This document shows positions 50,032 through 60,169 of a stretch of 64,000 nt of DNA, piece by piece. Source of the stretch: an uncultured delta proteobacterium (GTDB lineage Bacteria > Desulfobacterota > Binatia > UBA9968); NCBI GenBank assembly GCA_963816145.1, contig CAWFJP010000029.1, forward strand, positions 256,001-320,000. The letters run 5' to 3'. The notes under the pieces are model-generated. The model had not been told where the DNA came from and ran no database searches. It saw nothing but the letters and a program-made list of their open reading frames with translations. Numbering within the stretch: position 1 is the stretch's first letter; every line of letters begins with the position of its first letter. The translations under genes were made by a program, and so were the position numbers.

Positions 50032-50163
50032 TGCGTAGCGGCGCCGGCTGACTGATTCGGTATCGCTGGCCACGCCGTCAGTTTATCGCGGCGTTTTTCT
50101 GCCAGGTTGTTGAAACTTGCCGGCTGCGGTTGTTACATGTTTTTTCAAGATTTACGGAGGTGC

Positions 50164-51219
50164 ATGATGGCAAAGGTAACAGGTTTCATCGATGCCGATG
50201 GCCACGTGGTGGAAGCCGACTCCGAGCTGCTCGATTTCCTGCCGGCGCCGTTCAAAGGGCGGGACGATCTGATGGCGTTCCCGTTTTTCCCGACGCTCGA
50301 CGGCTTTCATCGCCAGGCTCGGCGGATACTTGACGGCAAGGGACGTTCCATCGCCAAAGCCAGCCTCAAGGAATGGCAACAGTTTCTCGACGAAGACGAG
50401 ATCGCCTGGTCGGTGCTCTATCCGACCACCGCTTTGACCTTCGGCTTGGTGCGCGACAAGGATTGGGCCTATGCGCTGGCGACCGGCTACAACAATTATC
50501 TCTACGAAGGCTTCACCAAATCGGAAAAACGCTTAAAGGGCATGGCACTGTTGCCCCTGCAGGATATTCCCGCGGCGGTCAAGGAGCTGCGCCGCGCGGT
50601 TAAAGAATTGGGCTTTGTCGGCGGGATCTTGCCAGCGGTGGGGTTACGCCAGCCGTTCGGCGACGAAAGGTATTTCCCGGTTTATGAAGCGGCTCAGGAT
50701 CTCAATGCGCTGCTCGCGGTGCACGCCGCGCCAACCCAGGGTATCGGCGTCGACGGCTTCGACCGGCTCATCGAAGTGCGCACCTTGAGTCATGGCTTCG
50801 GCCAGATGATTCAGATCACCAGCATGATCTACAGCGGCGTGTACGACAGGTTTCCCAAGTTGAAGGTCGCCTATGCCGAAGCCGGCTGCGGCTGGGTGCC
50901 GTATCTGATGGAACGATTGGATTTGGAGTACGAACACCGCCCCAACCAGGCGCCGGATTGCAAGAAGGCACCATCGGAGCATTTGAAGAGCGGCCGGATT
51001 TTCATTCATTGCGAGTTGGAGGATCGGGGCATCCCGCAGGTCGCCCAAGTCTTGCGCGACGATATACTCTTTTGCGCCAGCGACTTTCCCCATGAGCCTC
51101 GCAATGAATTTCGCGACAACATCGAAAAATTCATGACGCGTGAGGATGTCAGCGCGGATATCAAGCGCAAAATTTGTTTCGAGAATCCCAAACGGATGTA
51201 TCCGTTGGCGCTGCAGTAA
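50164..51219 (+). CDS. Amidohydrolase_2 family metalloenzyme
   Basis: 'IDADGHVVE', 'VH', 'AEAGCGW.P', 'ASDFPH'; GGAGG RBS. Confidence 0.87.
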   Translation: MMAKVTGFIDADGHVVEADSELLDFLPAPFKGRDDLMAFPFFPTLDGFHRQARRILDGKGRSIAKASLKEWQQFLDEDEIAWSVLYPTTALTFGLVRDKDWAYALATGYNNYLYEGFTKSEKRLKGMALLPLQDIPAAVKELRRAVKELGFVGGILPAVGLRQPFGDERYFPVYEAAQDLNALLAVHAAPTQGIGVDGFDRLIEVRTLSHGFGQMIQITSMIYSGVYDRFPKLKVAYAEAGCGWVPYLMERLDLEYEHRPNQAPDCKKAPSEHLKSGRIFIHCELEDRGIPQVAQVLRDDILFCASDFPHEPRNEFRDNIEKFMTREDVSADIKRKICFENPKRMYPLALQ

Positions 51220-51314
51220 GCATCTCGATATGTCCACGAAGTGCCTACAATCCGACACTCGTCTTCAGAATAAGAATTTGGCGTGGGTTGCTACAAATGG
51301 TTCTCTACTCGACT

Positions 51315-51392
51315 CGTCATTCCCGCGAACGCGGGAATCCAGGTTTGTTCTTTGCCAAATTTGCCTGGATACCCGCTTGCGCGGGTATGACG
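51315..51392. repeat. Paired-hairpin REP-like element
   Basis: cgtcattcccgcgaacgcgggaatccagg...cctggatacccgcttgcgcgggtatgacg. Confidence 0.8.
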
Positions 51393-51468
51393 GAACCAAG
51401 TGGCCTTCGTTGTGCGGATTGTCCCCGCACAAGTATATTTAAAGGAGAATCTAACGCGAAGGATCCTG

Positions 51469-51496
51469 GTAGGGGCGAGAAATTTTTCGCCCCTAC
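51469..51496. repeat. GTAG-type REP palindrome
   Basis: gtaggggcga-gaaatttt-tcgcccctac. Confidence 0.7.
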
Positions 51497-51508
51497 AGCT
51501 CACCCTTG

Positions 51509-52730
51509 ATGAATGATTCAAAAAGTAACGGCGCCTTTCGCGCTCTTAGCTATCCCGACTATTTTTGGTTCTGGTCGAGCTATTTCGTCTCCAACGTCGG
51601 TTCCTGGATGCAGAGCATCGCCATGGGCTGGCTGCTCTTTGATCTGACGGGGTCGCCGCTCTTATCTCGGGCTCTTCAGCTCGCTGCGCATGGTGATGTT
51701 GCTGAGCTTTTTCATCATCGGCGGGATCATGTCAGACCGCATCGACCGGCGCAAAGTGATGCTGTGGATTCAATTCGTCGCCGCCGGCACATCTCTGATT
51801 TTGGCGCTGTTGGTATCGAGGCACGCGATCCAGGTCTGGCATATCTTCGTGCTCGGCGCGGTTACGTCAACGACCTGGGCGTTCGAGCAACCGGTGCGCC
51901 AGGCGCTGCTGCCGCAACTCATACCGCGTGATGTCCTGGTCAATGCCTTGGCGCTGAATGCGGTGACTTGGAACGGCGCCGGTTTACTGGGGCCTAGCCT
52001 GGTGGGGATCTCGGTCGGAACCATCGGCATCGATGGTTGTTTCTACGCCAACGTCGTCAGTTACCTGGCGGTGGTGGCGGCGCTGGTGCGGCTGCGCGTC
52101 CCGGCCAACGTCCAGGAGCCGGGGCGCGGCACCGTGGTGCAGAGTTTGCTCGGCGGCTTTCGCTACGTTCGCGGCGAGCCGGTTATCTTTACCTATCTGA
52201 CGGTTTCGGCAATTTTCAATATCTTCGGGCGTTCATATGTAACGCTTCTGCCGGTGTTCGCCAAAGAAGTTTTGCGGGTCGGCGCTTCCGGCTTCGGCTT
52301 TCTCGCTGCGGGTCCCGGGCTGGGAACGATCTTTGGCTCGCTTACCCTGGCTAGTTTGGGACGCGTGGAAGCCAAGCGCTGGCTCATGGTTTCCATACTG
52401 GTTGCCTTCGCGGCGCTGCTGGGCGGCTTCGCCTTGAGCCGAAATTTCTCCCTCGCCGTGGCGCTCTTGGTTGTCATCGGTGGCCTGAGCACGGTATTTG
52501 AAACACTGCTCAATACCTCGATACAGCTGCGCGTTGCGGAGGCGTTTCGCGGCCGGGTCTCGGGCTTCTACGGTTTAACCGGCGGCGGTTTGCGCGAGTT
52601 CGGCGGCATGCAAGCCGGTTTCGTTGCTGAGTGGACCAGCGCGCCGGTGGCGATCGTCGCGGGTGCGGTGGTATTGGCGGTGGTCGGATACAGGTTTCTC
52701 GGCGCGCGGCTCAAGCGTATGGCGTCATAG
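51509..52730 (+). pseudogene. MFS transporter (DHA3/MFS_3-like) with a +1 frameshift
   Basis: 'SNVGSWMQ..A.GW...LTGSP' joins 'YLG...GG..SDR.DRRK' if one base near 51662 is removed (CCG CTC t TAT CTC). Confidence 0.78.
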
Positions 52731-52754
52731 CAATATTGTTTTTTGAGGTGAACT

Positions 52755-53756
52755 ATGTGGACTTGGAATTATTCGATCATCTTCTTGGCAATGCTGATCG
52801 GCGCCATTCCGGCGCCGCTGCCGGCGCAAAAGCTCGATCGCGCGGTGCTTGCCTTCGGCTCCACCGGTCCAAACTTGACGACCTTCTGGCTGGCCCGTGA
52901 AGCCGGCCTGTATAAGCAGCATGGCCTCGATGTCGATGTGGTATTTTTTCGCGGCAGCACTATCGCGATCAACGCGCTTGCCACCAAGGATGCTCACTTC
53001 GGCGCATTTGGTGCGAGCTCGGCGGTGCTTGCCCGAATGGGCGGCTTGGACACGGTGTTGGTCGCCACCGCGGCGCCGGGCTTGTTGTTTTATCTGGTGA
53101 CGAAGAAGGAGATCAAATCGGCGGCGGATTTGAAGGGCAAGCGGATCGGCGCAAGCCGGCCCGGCACGGACTCCGATCTCGCCGCTCGCGTTGCCGCGCA
53201 GCAATTAGGGCTCGGCGAAAAAGATATTCAGGTCATTGCGATGGGCACGGACAACGAGCGATTAGCGGCGATGAGCCAAGGGGTCGTTGACGCGACTGTG
53301 GTCACGGTCGGCGGCTACGTGGCGGCGCAAAAGCTCGGCTTTCACTCGATCCTGGATCTCTCGCAAGCGAACATTCCCTACGAAGCGGCCTCAATGATCA
53401 CCACGCGTTCGCTGATCAAGGAAAATCCCGAGATGGTTCGGCGATTCATCAGAGGATTCGTCGCGGCGATTCAATACGCGCAGACCCATCGAGAGGCGAC
53501 ATTGAAGGTTTTGAGCAAGTACATGCGCACCACGGACGCCGATATCCTGAACGCCAGTTACGATCAGTACGTCGGGCGGGTGATTCCGCGGGTGCCGTAC
53601 GTGAGCGAAAAAGGCTTGCAGGCGGTGATCGATTTCATCCGGCAGCGCAATCCCCAAGCCGCCAATGTCAAACCGCAGGATGTCATGGACAATCGCTTTA
53701 TCAAGGAGTTGGACGACAGCGGTTTTATCAAAGCTCTGTATAGCGCCAAAAATTGA
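52755..53756 (+). CDS. NMT1/SsuA-like ABC substrate-binding protein
   Basis: Signal peptide; 'E.G.YK..GLDV', 'DLKGK.IG.S.PG', 'D.RFI.ELD.SGFI'. Confidence 0.82.
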   Translation: MWTWNYSIIFLAMLIGAIPAPLPAQKLDRAVLAFGSTGPNLTTFWLAREAGLYKQHGLDVDVVFFRGSTIAINALATKDAHFGAFGASSAVLARMGGLDTVLVATAAPGLLFYLVTKKEIKSAADLKGKRIGASRPGTDSDLAARVAAQQLGLGEKDIQVIAMGTDNERLAAMSQGVVDATVVTVGGYVAAQKLGFHSILDLSQANIPYEAASMITTRSLIKENPEMVRRFIRGFVAAIQYAQTHREATLKVLSKYMRTTDADILNASYDQYVGRVIPRVPYVSEKGLQAVIDFIRQRNPQAANVKPQDVMDNRFIKELDDSGFIKALYSAKN

Positions 53757-53764
53757 GGTGAATA

Positions 53765-54268
53765 ATGAAACCTGTTGGGCCGCTGCTCGGTTTGGCTCTG
53801 TCGGCTTTACCCGCGCTCGCTGTCGCGGCGGATAACGTCGATTGCCGGGTGACTTCGCGGTTTTCCAGTCAAGGAAGTGTCGGCAAATTCGTAATTGACG
53901 CGCTGCGCAGCGCGACAGAGCGGCTGACCATCGCGCTTTATGGCTTTGACAACATGGAGCTCGGCGACGAATTGATCCAACTGGCAAAAAAGGGCGTGGT
54001 CGTGAAACTTAAAGTCGATACAGCGCGCAGCAAGAACAAGAAAATCGTCGCGCTGATCGATCGGCTCAAAGCCGGCGGCGTTGAAGTTCAGACCGTGGCA
54101 CCCAACGGCCGCAACCACAACAAGTTTGCCGTTATCGACGGCAAACGGGTGCTCACTGGCTCGTACAATTGGACTCTGAAGGCGGAAGGAAACTGGGAGA
54201 ATTTGCTCATGCTGGATTGTCCCGAGCTCGCCAAAGCTTATGAGAGCGAGTGGGAGCGTATTCACTGA
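53765..54268 (+). CDS. Secreted single-domain phospholipase D/Nuc-like protein
   Basis: Signal peptide; HKD motif 'HNKFAVID....TGSYNW......N.EN'. Confidence 0.88.
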   Translation: MKPVGPLLGLALSALPALAVAADNVDCRVTSRFSSQGSVGKFVIDALRSATERLTIALYGFDNMELGDELIQLAKKGVVVKLKVDTARSKNKKIVALIDRLKAGGVEVQTVAPNGRNHNKFAVIDGKRVLTGSYNWTLKAEGNWENLLMLDCPELAKAYESEWERIH

Positions 54269-54285
54269 CGCCTTTTTCGTGTGCA

Positions 54286-55749
54286 TCAAGGGTCGCTATT
54301 TCGAATCAGCTGCGCGTAGAATCGAATGCAGCGCAGGTAGTCCGCAAATGAAATGCGCTCGTCAACGCCATGAATCCGCTTGGTATCCTCTGGGCGAAAA
54401 ACGATGGGCACGAACCGGTAAATATTTTTCGTAAGGTTGGCATAGTGGCGGGTGTCCGTTGCCGCGATCGTCAAAAAGGGCGCGACAATGGTTTCCGGCG
54501 CAACCTCGCTGATCGTTCGGCTCACGAGTTTGAAGCCTGCGACATCGATGGATGATATGGGCGATGGATCGATTGGAAACGGCAGCGGGGTTATTTTCAC
54601 CCGGGTATCGTCGATCGCCCGGCGAACGCGGACGATCACCGCATCGACTGTGTCGCCGCTAATCAAGCGAAAGTTCATTGTCGCTTGGGCCCGGGCGGGT
54701 AAAACGTTTTCCTTATCGCCGGCGTGAAATATCGTTGTCGCCTTGGTTGTGCGAATCATCGAGTCGGTCAGTGGCGACTTGGCCAATTCGCGCTCAAGCC
54801 AGGGCTCGGTCAGCCACAGATTGGCGAGCAGGAGTCTCTTATCCCATGACAATTCGGGACCGACGAAATTGAAGAACTCCTTAACCGCGTTGTTGACGCG
54901 ACTCGGGAAGGGCGTCCTTTCAACCTTGTCGATGGCCCGGCTGAGAATGCCGATGGCGCTTTCTTTGGGGGGTAAGGACGAGTGGCCGCCGGGACTCGTG
55001 ACCGTCAACTCCAGGGTTAGATAACCTTTTTCGCCGAGCCCAATCATCGCAACCGGAGCGGCCACGTTAGGAATAATGCCGTTAATGATCCCGCTGCCCT
55101 CGTCGAGTACGGACTCGATCTGCACGCCGCGGCCGCCGAGCAGCGCGGCGATTTTTGCAGCGCCCTGTTGGCCGCCGGTTTCTTCATCATGGCCGAATGC
55201 CAGATAGACGGTGCGTTGCGGTTGAAAGCCGTCAGCGAGAAGTCTTTCGACGGCTTCGAGCATGCCGAGAAGACTCGCCTTGTCGTCTATGGCGCCGCGA
55301 CCCCAGACGTAACCGTCGGCGACCTGTCCGGAAAATGGCCCATGGGTCCACGAGCTTTCCGTGTCTGGATCGATCGGCACGACATCCAAGTGGGCCATAA
55401 GCAGGATCGGTTTCAGCCGGTCGTCTTTGCCTTTCCAGGTGTAGAGCAGACTGTAGTCGTTGACGACCTCTGTCGTAAGCTGCGTATGAATTCGCGGGAA
55501 AGATTTTACCAAGAACGCGTGGAAATTGCGGAATGGATCAGTGTTTGATTGCTTCTTCACTAATTCGATGGAGATTGTTTTGAACTGAATGGCCTCCGAC
55601 AATCGTGTCATGACGGCATTTTGATCGAGTGGAAGCTGCGGTGCAGGCGGTGGATGGAGTTGGCGGGATCTGAAGGTCATCGTGCGGATGACCAGCAACG
55701 CCAAGACAACGCCAAACAGGACGCTGAGCGATAGTGCGAGGCGTTTCAT
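54286..55749 (-). CDS. M20 family peptidase/amidohydrolase (PM20D1/carboxypeptidase S-like)
   Basis: 'AHLDVVP', 'GRGAIDDK', 'GHDEE', 'DEG', 'GGHSS', 'HG.DER'. Confidence 0.9.
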   Translation of the reverse strand: MKRLALSLSVLFGVVLALLVIRTMTFRSRQLHPPPAPQLPLDQNAVMTRLSEAIQFKTISIELVKKQSNTDPFRNFHAFLVKSFPRIHTQLTTEVVNDYSLLYTWKGKDDRLKPILLMAHLDVVPIDPDTESSWTHGPFSGQVADGYVWGRGAIDDKASLLGMLEAVERLLADGFQPQRTVYLAFGHDEETGGQQGAAKIAALLGGRGVQIESVLDEGSGIINGIIPNVAAPVAMIGLGEKGYLTLELTVTSPGGHSSLPPKESAIGILSRAIDKVERTPFPSRVNNAVKEFFNFVGPELSWDKRLLLANLWLTEPWLERELAKSPLTDSMIRTTKATTIFHAGDKENVLPARAQATMNFRLISGDTVDAVIVRVRRAIDDTRVKITPLPFPIDPSPISSIDVAGFKLVSRTISEVAPETIVAPFLTIAATDTRHYANLTKNIYRFVPIVFRPEDTKRIHGVDERISFADYLRCIRFYAQLIRNSDP

Positions 55750-55896
55750 GAGGATTGGCGACTATAAAAGAGACTGGTAGCAAGTTCGCCGGAGGACTGC
55801 AAATCGAAAGGGTGCCGTGGCTCTTCGGATTGACAACTCCCACTGGGTCCGATAATTTTTCCGGATAAACAAACAAGAAAAATTTGGAGGAATTAG

Positions 55897-56832
55897 ATGA
55901 GCGATTTTTATACGGATTGGCTGGAACAGTCCAAAGCCAATGAAAAAGCGGTCGCCGAGTCGCCACGATTCACGCGTTCGAAAGATCTCAAGTGGGTGCG
56001 CACACCGCAGGATTTCAAAGCGGCCTTGATGATCGCGCCGGAGTTGGGTTTCACCACCGGCGGCAGTTGCATGATGCGCGCGGAGATCCCGGTGGGCTGG
56101 CATTCCGGCAAACATCTGCACGGCGAAGAGGCGATCTATGTCGAGAGCGGCGAAGGTTTCATGGTGCTCGACGACAAACGCTACGATTTCGGCCCAGGCA
56201 CGATCATTCATGTGCCCTATCGGTCGACCCATCAGATCTTCAACACCGGCAAGCTGCCGGTGGGCTACATTTCCGGCCTGGCGTGGCACCTCGAAGCTGC
56301 GGTCTACATGGGCAAAATGGAACAGTTGGAAGTGTGCGGCGAGAACGATCCGAAAGTGCTCGCGGCATACCCGAAGGAAGAATCCCAGTACTGGCCTGAA
56401 GACGGCCGGCGCATCTCGATGCATCAGGCCCAGCATGTCAAGTCGGACGAGTCGAAGCACGGCGCGACCTATTTCTTGATGGGCCGCAGCGGCAAGGACA
56501 ACGGCTTCAAGGCCACCGGCGTAGCGATCAGCTCTATCTTCGTCGATCTGCCCCATACCAAAAGCCATAGCCATGCCCATCCCGAAGCTTATCTTTATGC
56601 CCTCGAAGGCGACGGCTATTCCGAGATCGGCGGCAAACGCTACGACTGGAATCAAGGCGACGCTATTCACGTGCCGCCGGGCATGCTGCACCACCAGCAT
56701 TTCAATCCATTCGATCGCGACATGAAGGAGCTGCGCTTCGAATTCGGCGTGCGCTATTGGTTCGTCGATCAGTGGAAAGGCTATGTCACCATCGATAAAC
56801 ACTTGAAGGCGACCACGCATATGATCGACTAG
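55897..56832 (+). CDS. Bicupin protein (dioxygenase-like)
   Basis: Two cupin motifs: 'H.HGEE..Y...G.G...HQ.FN' and 'HAHPEA.LY...G.G...HQHFN'. Confidence 0.82.
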   Translation: MSDFYTDWLEQSKANEKAVAESPRFTRSKDLKWVRTPQDFKAALMIAPELGFTTGGSCMMRAEIPVGWHSGKHLHGEEAIYVESGEGFMVLDDKRYDFGPGTIIHVPYRSTHQIFNTGKLPVGYISGLAWHLEAAVYMGKMEQLEVCGENDPKVLAAYPKEESQYWPEDGRRISMHQAQHVKSDESKHGATYFLMGRSGKDNGFKATGVAISSIFVDLPHTKSHSHAHPEAYLYALEGDGYSEIGGKRYDWNQGDAIHVPPGMLHHQHFNPFDRDMKELRFEFGVRYWFVDQWKGYVTIDKHLKATTHMID

Positions 56833-56852
56833 TACTGTTTTGGTTTAGTCTC

Positions 56853-56891
56853 AAGGGCGAGCTGGCCATGGAGTCAGCTCGCCCTTTTTTT
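56853..56891 (+). terminator. Intrinsic terminator between convergent genes
   Basis: aagggcgagctggc-catgga-gtcagctcgccctt followed by a T tract. Confidence 0.85.
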
Positions 56892-56900
56892 AACAACAGG

Positions 56901-57449
56901 TCAGATTGGAAAATCTTTGGGATTGGGCGACGAGGAAAGCTCGAAGGCATTGAGCGTGCACGAGATCATGGAATAATAGCCGATGGTTGCCGTGAGTTCG
57001 ACCAAACCGGCGACGCCTAAGCGGGTCAGCATCGATTGGAAAGCCTTCTCGATCACCCGATGGCTTTGCAGCACTGCGCGAACGTAGTCGACGATTTCCC
57101 CTTCGTCGGGCGGGAGTCCCGCGGTGGATTGGCGCTGGTGCACCGCACGCACTGTCTCCTGGTTAATGCCGTTCTTCTCGGCGTTTCGCACACCGGCGGC
57201 CCACTCATGGATGCAGTCCAATTCTCGCGATGTGGTCAGCGCGGCCAGCGCGCGTACCTTCGGTTCGAGTTTGCCGTCGAAGCGAAGATAGCCGCCTAGG
57301 CTGGCGGTGTGGTCGGCAATGGTCGGCACATGCAACAATGCCGGAAAGCAGCCGCGCACCTCGCCGCGGCTTTTGACGATGGCGTCGTAAACTGCTCGGT
57401 GTTGCGGCGCTAGACTCTGCTTGTTTTCAATCAGCGGTATTCTTGCCAT
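56901..57449 (-). CDS. Carboxymuconolactone decarboxylase/AhpD-like protein
   Basis: 'LLH.P', 'LG.YLRF', 'RE..C..EW', 'G..GLVEL...IGYY'. Confidence 0.8.
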   Translation of the reverse strand: MARIPLIENKQSLAPQHRAVYDAIVKSRGEVRGCFPALLHVPTIADHTASLGGYLRFDGKLEPKVRALAALTTSRELDCIHEWAAGVRNAEKNGINQETVRAVHQRQSTAGLPPDEGEIVDYVRAVLQSHRVIEKAFQSMLTRLGVAGLVELTATIGYYSMISCTLNAFELSSSPNPKDFPI

Positions 57450-57620
57450 GATCCCTCCTTAGCTTTCCTCTTTATTCCATGTTCAGGCGGCGACTCAACC
57501 GCGCGGTAGCGTTATCGATGTGCGCTTCGCTGGACAATGGCGCAGCGCGGCGGTTTGGAGTTGAATTTTTCTCTGACAATTTCTTGCAACGTGAAGAAAC
57601 TTTTTCTATAGGTTTGCTTG

Positions 57621-57890
57621 ATGCCCGGATTTTTTCGAAACAAAAGCGACGACTCGAAGATGATGCTCGGTTTCATCGTGCGCCGTTGTGCGGCGGATAT
57701 CGGCCACCCGCCGTCGCCCGACGAGTTTGCCAAGTGGGCCAACGGCGATAACTTGAAGGGAAGCCGGTTTTGTTTGTTCGGCCAAGAGATCTCGCCGACC
57801 GCGGCGAAAGTGATGTTCAGCCAGCCCGGCAGACTGGTCACAGTGAGCCCGGAAGGCTTGGCGCGATTATCGAAAAGCACCAGCCGCTAG
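57621..57890 (+). CDS. Small hypothetical protein
   Basis: ORF 'MLGFIVRRC...GHPPSPDEFA.WAN...LFG..IS...A' fits a divergent gap. Confidence 0.55.
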   Translation: MPGFFRNKSDDSKMMLGFIVRRCAADIGHPPSPDEFAKWANGDNLKGSRFCLFGQEISPTAAKVMFSQPGRLVTVSPEGLARLSKSTSR

Positions 57891-58001
57891 CGCTTCCCTC
57901 CCATCTCCACGTTAATTTGCCGTTCGGCACTGGGCATTTCGTTCTAGACTTCACCTTTTGACGGCAGTATAGCTGGGCCATTACTACCGAAGAGGAGTTT
58001 T

Positions 58002-58202
58002 ATGGAAGAGCAAATACGCCGCTTGAGCGCGCATTTCGGCTGGAATCTGAGCGATGAAGAGGTTCGCCGCATTGCCGCGGAGGCGTTGGTGCAGGAGCAG
58101 GTGCTCGAACGTCTCAAACAGGTTAATTTAGCGCAGACTCGGCCGATCATGGGTGTTTTCAAATCCCGGCGGTCCACGACGAAGACCCGGAGGCGAAAAT
58201 GA
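58002..58202 (+). CDS. Small GatC-like partner of the amidase
   Basis: GAGGAG RBS; 'IRRLSA..G.NLSDEEV' resembles the GatC N-terminus; overlaps the amidase start. Confidence 0.55.
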   Translation: MEEQIRRLSAHFGWNLSDEEVRRIAAEALVQEQVLERLKQVNLAQTRPIMGVFKSRRSTTKTRRRK

Positions 58203-59641
58203 GCGGGCTCGAACTCGACCGCGCGACGATTGCCGAACTTGCGCCGGTCATCAAGGCGAAAAAGCTTTCCGTCGTCGCCTTGACCCAGGAGTTTCTCGAC
58301 CGGATCGGACGTCACAATCCGGCGCTCAATGCCTTTCAGACGGTCACAGCTGCGGACGCACTGAAGCAGGCGCGCACACTTGATCGTGAACTGCGCGCGG
58401 GCAAGTGGCGCGGGCCGCTCCACGGCATTCCATTTTCGATCAAAGACAACTTGGCAACCCAAGGCGTCAAAACCACTGCCGGGTCGAAGCAACTCGCTGA
58501 CTGGATTCCCGATTATGATGCAAGCGTTGTCGCTAAGTTGAAATTTGCCGGCGCGGTCCTACTCGGCAAAACTAATATGCATGAGTGGGCATCCGGCAGC
58601 ACGACGATCAATCCGTACTACGGCACGACGGCCAATCCTTGGGACCGTAATCGCATTTCCGGTGGGTCGAGCGGCGGGTCGGCGGCATCGGTCGCCGCAA
58701 GTCTGTGCTTGGGCTCCATCGGTACCGATAACGCCGGCTCGGTGCGCCACCCGGCTTCGCTCTGCGGCGTGGTCGGATTGAAACCAACCTTTGGCCGGGT
58801 CAGCCGATATGGCGGTGTCCTGGGCACGGGCGGATTCTCGACCGATCACTTCGGTCCGTTTGCCAAGACCGTCAAAGATTGCGCACTGATGCTCAAGGCG
58901 ATCGCCGGGCATGACCCTAAAGATCCTCTCAGTGCGCGAGAGCCAGTGGCGAACTATACCAGCGCCATCGGCAAGCCGGTCAAAGGACTGCGTGTGGGAC
59001 TGATCGAAGGTTACTTTGATGAGTTCATGAGCGCGGAGGTGCGGCTTTTTTTCGAAACCGCAGTGAGCCAATTGAAAGCCCTTGGCATGAAGGTCGTCAA
59101 GCTCAATATTGCTTACACCGATTTGATTGCCGCGGTGCAGTTGGCGACCAGTCGGGTCGAAAATGTTGCAACGGCGCACGAATATTTGCGCAACGCGCCG
59201 CGCGATTACAGTCCGTCGCTTTTTCACCGTCATATCAAATCATTGCTGATTCCGGCCGATGTCTATGTGACGGCACAACGGGTGCGGCGGTTGATCTGCG
59301 AGGCCTTCGAAGCGGCGTTCGACAAAGTAGATGTCCTGGTGGCGCCGACGGTGGGGTCGCCGGCGCAAACCATCGAGGAATGCCGCCAAGGTTTCGCCAT
59401 CGTCGACGGCCGGCGCGTTGAGCTGCAGGAAGAACGCGGCACGACCGGCACCTTGTGTACGATTCCCTTCAACGTTACCGGGTTGCCGGCGATGAGTTTA
59501 TGCTGCGGTTTTTCTTCCCAAGGATTGCCGATCGGAATGCAGGTCGTCGGCGCGCCCTTCGATGAGGCGCGGCTGTTTCAAGTGGGCCATGCCTATGAAC
59601 AGGCAGCAGGGTGGTATAGACAGCATCCGAAGTTCGATTGA
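58199..59641 (+). CDS. Amidase signature family enzyme
   Basis: 'GPLHGIP.SIKD', 'GKTN..E', 'GGSSGGS', 'GTD..GSVR.PA', 'GLKPT.GRV'. Confidence 0.92.
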   Translation: MSGLELDRATIAELAPVIKAKKLSVVALTQEFLDRIGRHNPALNAFQTVTAADALKQARTLDRELRAGKWRGPLHGIPFSIKDNLATQGVKTTAGSKQLADWIPDYDASVVAKLKFAGAVLLGKTNMHEWASGSTTINPYYGTTANPWDRNRISGGSSGGSAASVAASLCLGSIGTDNAGSVRHPASLCGVVGLKPTFGRVSRYGGVLGTGGFSTDHFGPFAKTVKDCALMLKAIAGHDPKDPLSAREPVANYTSAIGKPVKGLRVGLIEGYFDEFMSAEVRLFFETAVSQLKALGMKVVKLNIAYTDLIAAVQLATSRVENVATAHEYLRNAPRDYSPSLFHRHIKSLLIPADVYVTAQRVRRLICEAFEAAFDKVDVLVAPTVGSPAQTIEECRQGFAIVDGRRVELQEERGTTGTLCTIPFNVTGLPAMSLCCGFSSQGLPIGMQVVGAPFDEARLFQVGHAYEQAAGWYRQHPKFD

Positions 59642-59659
59642 TGGAACCGGCGAGGCTTA

Positions 59660-60058
59660 TCAAAACGCGTCGATGTAACCCGTCACCCACACACCGATTA
59701 TCACCGCGCCAATCGTCCAAAGGAGGACAATCACGATGGCTGCGGCGCGGCTATGGGCCAAACTGCCATCGGCCTGTTGAGCGGCTTGCCGTGCGTCCGC
59801 GAGGACCGTGGCGGGGATCAGCTTGAGCGCCAGGAAGATTCCCAGCGGTAACAGCACGAGATCGTCGAGATATCCCACTACCGGGATAAAGTCCGGAATC
59901 AGATCGATGGGACTCAAAGCGTAGGCAACCACGATCGTAACGACCAGCTTCGCAGCCCATGCCGTGCGCGGATCGCGGGCGGCGAGATAGAGGGCGACGG
60001 TCTCGCGTTTGAGCGCCCGTGCCTTTGTCCTAAGGTTTTCGATCAATCTTTTGCTCAT
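59660..60058 (-). CDS. DUF1232 (YkvA) family membrane protein
   Basis: '[22 protein letters not shown]'. Confidence 0.92.
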   Translation of the reverse strand: MSKRLIENLRTKARALKRETVALYLAARDPRTAWAAKLVVTIVVAYALSPIDLIPDFIPVVGYLDDLVLLPLGIFLALKLIPATVLADARQAAQQADGSLAHSRAAAIVIVLLWTIGAVIIGVWVTGYIDAF

Positions 60059-60169
60059 CTGGTGACCGTGTACTCAGATGGTGATTGCCCCTAACCAACC
60101 GTCTTGTTATGCTTTTGAACACTATCATGATTTAGCTTTTTGGCAGAGTATTGCGGAGGATAGGACTCG

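Noticed and set aside
53765-54268. PLD/Nuc protein as an anti-phage defence nuclease
   Set aside because: It has a signal peptide and no neighbouring helicase, methylase or other defence genes.
55762-56820. 352-aa antisense ORF over the cupin gene, and similar long antisense ORFs elsewhere
   Set aside because: Antisense shadows of well-supported genes.
58002-59641. gatC-gatA (Glu-tRNA amidotransferase)
   Set aside because: There is no gatB and the amidase is divergent; a catabolic amidase with a small partner is more likely.
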